Part shown: positions 57,562 through 64,000 of the stretch, one piece after another
How positions within the stretch are numbered: position 1 is the first letter of the stretch
Layout: the number at the start of each line of letters is the position of its first letter
NCBI GenBank assembly: GCA_965200225.1
Contig: CBDATM010000001.1
Coordinates: 975,878-1,039,877, forward strand
Source: Gammaproteobacteria bacterium
Lineage (GTDB): Bacteria > Pseudomonadota > Gammaproteobacteria > Steroidobacterales > Foliamicaceae
Length of the DNA: 64,000 nt
Direction of reading: 5' to 3'
Program-made: the position numbers and the translations under genes
The notes under the pieces: model-generated
The model's database searches: none
What the model was told of the DNA's origin: nothing
Seen by the model: only the letters and a program-made list of their open reading frames with translations

Positions 57562-58453
57562 TCAGGTATACCTCGCCTCCCAGCACAGCCCATCAATAGC
57601 GATGTCGTAGTCCATCAGCTCCCCGCCCCAGCCGCAACGGGCCGTGCCGGCATCAATGCGCCGCCCGCGCTCCGCGTTGATCGCCGCCAGCGCCTCTCCG
57701 CCAGGGGAGCGCATCCTGACCTCGCCCCCGCTCTTGCCTCGGCAAAGACGTTTCCGCGGAAACGCCTGACGCTGCCGCGCCACTGCGTTGAGATTGCGCC
57801 GATCGCTTTCCGTACGTTTCCGCGGAAACGTCGGCGGTCTCCGCATTCGAATCCGCATCCACCGCGCAGGCCCCGGCGGGAGTCCCGGCGTGCTCCGCTT
57901 CCCCATAGCATTCGCCTCGTTCGTCGCGTTCATCGCGCTCGTCACGTTTTTCCCGTCCACCTCGTTCGTCCTGTTGGGCCTGTTCGTCGCGTTCTTCCTG
58001 TTGGTCCCGTTCATCCAGTTCCGCCCGAGCCGCATCCAGCGCCTTCAGCAGCATCTCGCCCAACTCCGCCGGCAAGCAAGCCTCCAAGTTCACGCTGCCA
58101 TCCGCTTCACGGCGACAGTCCAGATAGCGCCGCTCGTGCAACTCCCTTGCTTCGTTGCGCTCCAACTCCCGCTGCACCCGGCGAAAACCCCGTACCGTAC
58201 GCTCCACATGCGCAGCCGTGCCGTGCAAGGCAATGTTCAACAGCGCATCTTCCGTATCGACCGTCGCTACCCGGGTCACCGCCCGCACCTTGGAATAGGG
58301 AAGCTCGACTGGGAGTGAGGCAGGCTCGACGGGGAGTGAAGAAGGCTCCACAGCCCCAGCTACAGTTGAAGAAAGCTCGACCGAATCCGGTCCAGGAGCC
58401 GGGCGTTGGGCATCGCAAACGGAGGCGTTGGAGACGGTGCAATGAAGGTCCAT
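57562..58453 (-). pseudogene. DUF222/HNH endonuclease family gene, decayed (frameshifted, HNH core missing)
   Basis: YSKVRAVTRVATVDTEDALLNIALHGTAAHVERTVRGFRR..DGSVNLEACLPAELGEMLLKALDAA is the DUF222 central region. The VSAET motif is duplicated. The C-terminal tail (..CGWGGELMDYDIAIDGL) continues in another frame (ORF 57562..58035). No H-N-H catalytic block is visible. Confidence 0.5.
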
Positions 58454-58523
58454 ATCGGGGCTCCTTCCAGTCCCTTGACGGAGTTCGAACTATAGCATTA
58501 ATAAACAATATAATCAATCTTTT

Positions 58524-58583
58524 AAGGACACTTTCAAGGACACAATTAAGCACACAATTGAGCACACATTCAAGGACAGAATT
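58524..58583. repeat. five contiguous 12-bp iteron-like repeats (AAGGACAC-NNNN consensus)
   Basis: The units are aaggacactttc, aaggacacaatt, aagcacacaatt, gagcacacattc and aaggacagaatt. They lie in an AT-richer spacer between the Fic-like gene and the HNH pseudogene. Confidence 0.8.
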
Positions 58584-58855
58584 TGCCCGACAGGCAGTTG
58601 TCCGACGACACCCCCTTTATGGCATAGCGACTTCTGAATAGCCGGCCCTCGCATACGCTCAAAAACTTGCATCCAACCAAGCGCTCTACCCAACGCGCCT
58701 TTTGGATAGTCCTGTCCCAGTCGCCGTGGCCTCCGACCGAGGCGAAGTCGTGAAAGCCTCGTAGCAAGCCGGAGAATGATTCTCCAGGCTGATTACCACC
58801 ACCGCCGACATTGAGACCGCCGCCGCCCAGTCGCCCGGACCGCGGCGAAGCTCAC

Positions 58856-59743
58856 TCAGGCGCCAGTGAGCCCAGCTCCTTCTTCGACTTGTGTTTCCCG
58901 CAAGGTTTCGTCAAGGGAGCAGGACGCCATGAAGGAGATGATCCGCGTGGGGTTGGCGGTGTCGTAGTACTCCAGCATCCGCTCGTTGAACTCCAACTCT
59001 CGCTTTTTGGGCACGGCGATTACGTCGTGTCCTTCGGTAAGCAGAATGCCGTTCATGGCCAGCCGTCCGGTTCGCTTGTTGCCGTCCCAGAACAACTGGT
59101 TTCGTGCCACATAAAGGAATATCGAAATCGCCCGCACATGGGCATCTTCGACTTCGAGGATACGGGGCATGTCCTGATCGAAGCTGTCCTGTATCCGGGA
59201 GTGATGCATTGGTTTGTGGTCGGTTCCCCCGATGCGGACCGGGCCAGAGCGAAACACGCCCCATTCCAGCGCCTCCTCGAATGCCAGGCGAGCGTGCAGG
59301 GTTTTCAGGTTTTCGGAAGAGCAGGAAAACTGTTCATCCTCGACTTGCTGAAACAGCATCTTGTAGGCGCCGATCTGATTGAGAACCTGCTGATGCTCCT
59401 CCAGGCTCCGTCCGCCGACCGACACGCCCGCCATCAGGGTTTTGACTTCCGCAAGCGTGAATGTGTTGCCTTCCAGCCGAACATCGTCATGGACCAGTTG
59501 CTCCAACACCTTGCGGGCGCGGAAAACTGCTCGCTTGCGCCGTTCGCGCAGGGGCAAGTGCGCGTCCAGGGAGGAAACATGGCGAACAGCCGGGTTAAGC
59601 CAGCGAGGCTTTTTCTTCGCTTCTCTGCCCGAGGCTGTGCTCGAACGGTTTTCGCCGGTACTGCCCGCTTCACGCATGTTTGCATCCGCTTCAGAAATTC
59701 TCGCGGTTGAAGATGCGTGCAGATACAAGCCGTTGCGAGGCAT
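58856..59743 (-). CDS. Fic/Doc-family protein with non-canonical active-site motif (QLFWDGNKRTGR)
   Basis: 295 aa, with AAGGAG 9 nt before the ATG. RLEGNTFTLAEVKTLMAG and IFLYVARNQLFWDGNKRTGRLAMNGILL align to the Fic HxFx(D/E)GNGRxxR and Doc HxFxDANKR core. CAG (Gln) occupies the His position. Confidence 0.8.
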   Translation of the reverse strand: MPRNGLYLHASSTARISEADANMREAGSTGENRSSTASGREAKKKPRWLNPAVRHVSSLDAHLPLRERRKRAVFRARKVLEQLVHDDVRLEGNTFTLAEVKTLMAGVSVGGRSLEEHQQVLNQIGAYKMLFQQVEDEQFSCSSENLKTLHARLAFEEALEWGVFRSGPVRIGGTDHKPMHHSRIQDSFDQDMPRILEVEDAHVRAISIFLYVARNQLFWDGNKRTGRLAMNGILLTEGHDVIAVPKKRELEFNERMLEYYDTANPTRIISFMASCSLDETLRETQVEEGAGLTGA

Positions 59744-60002
59744 TACCAGCCGCTCCTTGGGACTGGCGGAGTAGTCTGCTTCTCCATGAGTCTATATTAT
59801 TCCGGTAGCGACAAGTCGAGGCCAGCATCCTGCGTTGTCGAATGAACGCGAGGTGGCTGGGCGCTATCAGCGTGCGGCAAGAGGTTTTTGTAAAATGCCC
59901 GCCGGGTTGTGAAGAAGGTTGGTGAGTCGTTTTGAAGAACGAGAACGGAAGTCCGGCGGAAGAGATGACAGCTCAGATGACGGTTCAGCCTCGGGAGCGC
60001 CG

Positions 60003-60731
60003 GTGAGCCCGGCTCCTCCGCTGCGCCGTGTTTTGCTGAAGCTCAGCGGCGAGGCACTTATGGGCCAGCAGCCATATGGAATCGACATGTCCATGCTGCA
60101 GCGCATTGCCGGAGAGATCAAGGAACTGTCCGGCATGGGCGTGGAAATGGCGGTGGTGGTGGGCGGAGGCAACATCTTCCGCGGCGAGGGCCTGGCCCGG
60201 GCGGGAATGGACCGCGTCACGGCCGATCACATGGGAATGCTGGCCACGGTCATCAACGCCCTGGCGCTGCAGGACGCGCTTGAGCGTCTGGGAACCGGTG
60301 TGCGGGTAATGTCTTCGATGGCGGTGCGGGCGGTTTGCGAGGACTACATCCGCCGGCGCGCGCTGCGACATCTGGAGAAGGGCCGCATATGCATTTTTGC
60401 GGCGGGCACGGGCAATCCCTATCTGTCCACCGATACGGCCGCCAGCCTGCGTGCCGTCGAAATCGGCGCCGAGCTTCTTGTCAAGGGCACCAAGGTGGAT
60501 GGCGTCTATTCCGCGGACCCCAACCTGGAACCGGATGCAAAGCGATACGAGCGCATTTCCCATGACGAACTGATCGGCGGCCGGCTTGGGGTGATGGACT
60601 CCACCGCGGCCGTGATGTGCCGCGACAACGACCTGCCGATTCGCGTTTATGATGTTGCCTCGCCGGGCGATCTGCTGCGGATTGTGCGCGGCGAGAATGT
60701 CGGCACGCTGGTAAGCAGCGACACGCAGTGA
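60003..60731 (+). CDS. pyrH: UMP kinase
   Basis: [24 protein letters not shown] and [15 protein letters not shown]. The start is uncertain: the ORF opens at TTG 59919, and GTG 60003 gives a normal-length N-terminus. Confidence 0.93.
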   Translation: MSPAPPLRRVLLKLSGEALMGQQPYGIDMSMLQRIAGEIKELSGMGVEMAVVVGGGNIFRGEGLARAGMDRVTADHMGMLATVINALALQDALERLGTGVRVMSSMAVRAVCEDYIRRRALRHLEKGRICIFAAGTGNPYLSTDTAASLRAVEIGAELLVKGTKVDGVYSADPNLEPDAKRYERISHDELIGGRLGVMDSTAAVMCRDNDLPIRVYDVASPGDLLRIVRGENVGTLVSSDTQ

Positions 60732-60827
60732 ACTCGGGGCGGCGGGCAACGGGCGGCGGGCAACGGGCAACAGGCGACGCGCTGATGCGACAATATGAGC
60801 CGGTCACGGCACTGGCAGGGGGCGCGG

Positions 60828-61385
60828 ATGATTGAGGAACTCAAGGGCGACGCAGTAGAGCGCATGGACAAGAGCGTTGCCGCTGTGCGCTCCAACCTTT
60901 CCCGATTGCGCACCGGCCGCGCCCACGCCGGGCTGATCGATCACCTCATGGTGCCGTACTACGGCGCCAGCACGCCTTTGCGCCAGGTGGCCAGCATTGC
61001 CGTGGAGGAGGCCCGGACCCTGGCGGTGTCTCCCTGGGAAGCCGCTATGGTTCAGCCTATCGAGAAGGCCATCCGGGAATCGGGTCTCGGCTTCAACCCG
61101 GTCACCGCGGGCACTGTGGTCCGCGTGCCGATTCCGGAGTTGACCGAAGAGCGGCGCCGCGAGCTGGTGCGGGTGGCGCGCCACGAGACGGAGATGGGAC
61201 GTGTGGCGGTGCGCAACATACGGCGCGACATCCTCACCGACGTAAAGCAGTTGGTCAAGGAAAAAATGGCGACCGAGGACGAGGAGAGGCGTACGGCCGA
61301 CGAAGTCCAGAAGTTCACCGATGAACACGTCGCCCGCATGGACGCGATGCTGGAGGAAAAAGAACAGGAAATCATGTCCATATAG
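60828..61385 (+). CDS. frr: ribosome recycling factor
   Basis: 185 aa from MIEELKGDAVERMDKSV; RTGRAHAGLID.. and VRNIRRD are present. Confidence 0.95.
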   Translation: MIEELKGDAVERMDKSVAAVRSNLSRLRTGRAHAGLIDHLMVPYYGASTPLRQVASIAVEEARTLAVSPWEAAMVQPIEKAIRESGLGFNPVTAGTVVRVPIPELTEERRRELVRVARHETEMGRVAVRNIRRDILTDVKQLVKEKMATEDEERRTADEVQKFTDEHVARMDAMLEEKEQEIMSI

Positions 61386-61400
61386 GGCTGATATGGCCTT

Positions 61401-62114
61401 GTGAACATTCGGATGGAGCCTCCTCTGCAGCATCTGGCGATCATCATGGACGGGAACGGCCGCTGGGCCCAGCAGCGCGGCCTGCCGCGCCCGGACGGCC
61501 ATCGCGCCGGCGTACAGGCGGCCCGCAATGTCGTGGAAGCCTGCGCCCGACGCGGGATACCGGCCCTGACCCTGTTCGGATTGAGCGCCGAGAACTGGCA
61601 GCGGCCCCGCAACGAAGTAAGCGAATTGATGACGCTCCTGACCGACAGTCTGCGGCGAAATATGGACCTGCTCAACGACAACGGGATCCGCCTGCGTTGC
61701 ATCGGCGACCGTGGCCGGTTTCCGCGCGGCATACGCAAGGTGCTGGACAGGGCCGAGGAAGGCACCCGCGGGAATGACCGCATGAATCTGATTGTGGCGC
61801 TTTCCTACGGCGGCCAGCAGGAGATCGCGCGCGTTGCGCAGCAGTTGGCGCTGTGCGCCGCGCAGGGGGAACTGGACCCGCGGGAAGTGTCCGTCGAGAT
61901 GTTCGCCCGGCATACGGAACTGGCGGACCTGCCGCCGCTGGACCTCATGATACGCAGCGGAGGCGAACGGCGAATCAGCAATTTCATACTCTGGCAGTTG
62001 GCCTACGCCGAGCTGTATTTCACGCCAGTGCTGTGGCCCGACTTCGGCATTGACGATCTTCAGGCGTCTCTGGACGACTTTGCGGCGCGGCAGCGGCGCT
62101 TCGGCACGGCATGA
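61401..62114 (+). CDS. uppS: ditrans,polycis-undecaprenyl-diphosphate synthase
   Basis: HLAIIMDGNGRWA, LTLFGLSAENWQRP and RISNFILWQLAYAELYF. Confidence 0.93.
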   Translation: MNIRMEPPLQHLAIIMDGNGRWAQQRGLPRPDGHRAGVQAARNVVEACARRGIPALTLFGLSAENWQRPRNEVSELMTLLTDSLRRNMDLLNDNGIRLRCIGDRGRFPRGIRKVLDRAEEGTRGNDRMNLIVALSYGGQQEIARVAQQLALCAAQGELDPREVSVEMFARHTELADLPPLDLMIRSGGERRISNFILWQLAYAELYFTPVLWPDFGIDDLQASLDDFAARQRRFGTA

Positions 62115-62953
62115 ACCCGGCGCCGGCTTCGGACCCGCCGAGGGCGAGGCCCGCCCTTCCGCCACGGCTGCTGACCGCGGCCGCGCTTCTGTCGGCTGTT
62201 GCGGTTACCGCGCTGGCTCCGCCGAGTCTGCGGCTGGCGGTGATCGGTCTGGCGCTTCTGCTGTGCTGGCGGGAGTGGCTGCGGATGGCGGGCATCGCCG
62301 GCCCGCTGGCGAGGTCTTGGGCCATCGTGCTGTTCGCTCTGGCGCTGGCCCTGCCGGTGGCCTTGCCGCCGCCGTCCTCGCTCTACCATTCCGCCATGCT
62401 GCTGGGTCTGGCCTGGTGGTGCCTGGCCATTCCGGTCCTGCAGCGCTTCGTGGGCTCGATTGGCAGCGCTGCCGCCGCGGGATGCGGGTTGCTGGCCCTG
62501 GCGCCCGCCTGGCTGGCCGTGCTGGCCCTGGTCGCGGTCGAGCGCACCGGCCTGCTGCTGTTGCTGCTGTTGCTGGTCGTTGCCGCGGATACCGGCGCCT
62601 TCGCTGTCGGCAAGCTTCTGGGCAAGCGCCCGCTCGCGCCCAAACTGAGTGGCGGCAAGACGGTGGAGGGCGCGGTGGGAGGCCTGACGTTGGCGACCAT
62701 AGCCGGCCTGGGCGCATCTTTTCTGGTGGAGAACTCCGCGCTGTACTGGACGCTTGCCGGCTTGGCGGTTGGCGTTTTGTCGATGCTCGGGGATCTCACC
62801 GTGAGCCTGTTCAAGCGCCGTGCGGGAATCAAGGACAGCGGACGATTACTGCCGGGGCATGGTGGCATGCTGGATCGGCTGGATAGCAGCCTGGCGGCGG
62901 CGCCCCTGCTGATCCTGCTGATCTTCGAACCGCTGGGCTGGCTGGTTCTGTAG
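62111..62953 (+). CDS. cdsA: phosphatidate cytidylyltransferase
   Basis: A polytopic protein with SGGKTVEGAVGG and SMLGDLTVSLFKRRAGIKDSG.LLPGHGGMLDRLDS. Confidence 0.9.
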   Translation: MNPAPASDPPRARPALPPRLLTAAALLSAVAVTALAPPSLRLAVIGLALLLCWREWLRMAGIAGPLARSWAIVLFALALALPVALPPPSSLYHSAMLLGLAWWCLAIPVLQRFVGSIGSAAAAGCGLLALAPAWLAVLALVAVERTGLLLLLLLLVVAADTGAFAVGKLLGKRPLAPKLSGGKTVEGAVGGLTLATIAGLGASFLVENSALYWTLAGLAVGVLSMLGDLTVSLFKRRAGIKDSGRLLPGHGGMLDRLDSSLAAAPLLILLIFEPLGWLVL

Positions 62954-63084
62954 GGGGCGGTGGCGCCATCGGTAGCGCCATCGGTATCGCCAGCCAGCGC
63001 CAGTCAGCCAAGACCAGGGCCGCTGCTTTTGCTAGCATAGGCTCCCCGGAGACGAAAAGTAAGCGAAAAGACGCTGGGCCAAAG

Positions 63085-64000
63085 ATGCTTGGGAACACCT
63101 TGATTGCGATTGGCGCATTCGTGCTGGCGATCAGCCTGCTGGTCGCGGTGCATGAGTGGGGGCACTACATCGCCGCGCGCCTGTGCGGAATAAAGGTGCT
63201 CGAGTACTCGATCGGCTTCGGTCCGGCCCTCTGGCGCAGGAGAGCGGGCGCGGACGCCACCGAGTACCAGTTCCGCGCCCTGCCGGTGGGCGGATTCGTG
63301 CGGCTGCTGGACGAACGCGAGGACGAGGTGGCTGAAGACGAGTTGCACCGCAGCTTTACCCGCCAGCCCTACTGGCAGCGGATATTCGTGCTCCTGGCCG
63401 GCCCTGGCATGAACTTCCTGTTCGCCATCGTGGCCTACTCGGTCATTTTCATGGCGGGCGTGCAGTCGATCGCTCCGTTCGTGGGCGCGGTGAGCCCGGA
63501 CGGCCTGGCCGATCGCGCCGGTCTGCGCGCGGGCGACCGCATCGTGGCCGTGGAGGAGCGCGAGACGCGCACCTGGCAGGAGGCCGTGATGGCCGTCGTG
63601 GAGGAGATTTTGGGCGATGTGGCCGTGGAACTCGCGGTCGAAAGCGAGGAAGGCGCCCGCCGCAGCCTGGTCCTCGATCTCGAGGACCACAGGAAAGCGA
63701 TCCTGGAGAATGGCGACTTGTTCGCCGCCGTGGGTTTGCAGCCGCTGGCGGCGCTTCCCGTTGTGGGCGAAATGGATCCCGACGGACCGGCCGGCCGCGC
63801 CGGATTCGCCAGTGGCGACCGGGTGCTGGAGGCCGGAGGCGAAACCATATCCAGTTGGCGGCAGTGGGTGGACTACGTTCGCGCGCGGCCCGGCGAAACC
63901 GTGCCCGTTACGGTGCGGCGCGACGGCTACGAGCAGCGTCTGTATCTGGAAATCGGCAGTCGCCAGGAAACGGAGGCGGAAAACGCATCCGGTCCGTCGA
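63085..64000 (+). CDS. rseP: RIP zinc metalloprotease RseP, N-terminal part (3' end outside window)
   Basis: From ATG 63085: MLGNTLIAIGAFVLAISLLVAVHEWGHYIAARLCGIKVLEYSIGFGP.. (HExxH) followed by PDZ regions (GLRAGDRIVAV, GFASGDRVLEAGG). The frame stays open to the window end, so it is absent from the ORF track. Confidence 0.9.
   Translation, partial: MLGNTLIAIGAFVLAISLLVAVHEWGHYIAARLCGIKVLEYSIGFGPALWRRRAGADATEYQFRALPVGGFVRLLDEREDEVAEDELHRSFTRQPYWQRIFVLLAGPGMNFLFAIVAYSVIFMAGVQSIAPFVGAVSPDGLADRAGLRAGDRIVAVEERETRTWQEAVMAVVEEILGDVAVELAVESEEGARRSLVLDLEDHRKAILENGDLFAAVGLQPLAALPVVGEMDPDGPAGRAGFASGDRVLEAGGETISSWRQWVDYVRARPGETVPVTVRRDGYEQRLYLEIGSRQETEAENASGPS

Larger units (their letters stand above)
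57481..59918. mobile_element. accessory insertion between tsf and pyrH
   Basis: These two genes are normally adjacent. Here ~2.4 kb carries a decayed HNH/DUF222 gene, iteron-like repeats, an AT-richer spacer and a Fic/Doc-like gene, all on the opposite strand to the operon. Confidence 0.55.

Noticed and set aside
57749-57831. Two near-identical palindromes, CGTTTCCGCGGAAACG at 57749-57764 and 57814-57831, that look like paired operator sites.
   Set aside because: On the minus strand each encodes the VSAET peptide motif typical of DUF222/HNH proteins. The motif is duplicated in this pseudogene, and the palindromic character is a property of that codon string.
57900-58020. An imperfect CGTTCGTC-type micro-repeat region.
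   Set aside because: It corresponds to the acidic ERDERDERDE/QQEERDEQ low-complexity segment of the decayed HNH-family ORF. It is coding-sequence slippage, not a separate element.
60738-60765. A tandem GGCGGCGGGCAACG x2 in the pyrH-frr spacer.
   Set aside because: It is a short GC-rich slippage-type duplication with no associated structure or ORF.

Overview
This is a high-GC chromosomal segment with gammaproteobacterial housekeeping synteny. Gene order runs coq7'-rpe-djlA-purC, tig-clpP-clpX-lon-hupB-(tRNAs)-ppiD, fabI/rnhA-dnaQ, nhaB-pgi, gltX, a sugar-uptake trio (SSS symporter, TonB-dependent receptor, GH3 glucosidase), dps, csrA, rnpB, dcd, purN-purM, glnD-map and rpsB-tsf-pyrH-frr-uppS-cdsA-rseP'. 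I can support 7 tRNAs and RNase P RNA.

I found no CRISPR array, intact transposase or prophage. The non-core content sits in four small, mostly decayed accessory patches:
- (1) A ~2.6 kb islet at the 3' end of tRNA-Asp, bounded by a 13-bp direct repeat. It holds integrase and coupling-protein-like remnants.
- (2) A ~2.3 kb patch against the 3' end of tRNA-Val(CAC). It holds an orphan SPPF amino-methyltransferase, a low-GC ORF of unknown function, a hicA remnant and a 10-bp tandem repeat.
- (3) A hicAB cassette plus a 36-codon ABC-ATPase relic next to rnpB.
- (4) A ~2.4 kb insertion splitting the normally contiguous tsf-pyrH junction. It carries a Doc/Fic-like protein whose catalytic His position reads Gln, five 12-bp iteron-like repeats and a decayed DUF222/HNH gene.

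Other items worth a second look:
- One ORF fuses a CDP-alcohol phosphatidyltransferase membrane domain to the DnaA inactivator Hda.
- One in-frame mosaic ORF joins a UDP-glucose-dehydrogenase N-terminal part (catalytic Cys region missing) to a ManC-type cupin.
- A three-copy palindromic element family has a conserved ~70-nt core and arms that differ between copies yet stay complementary.

All calls come from reading the translations and sequence by eye. No database search was run, and start codons are often uncertain in this GC-rich DNA.
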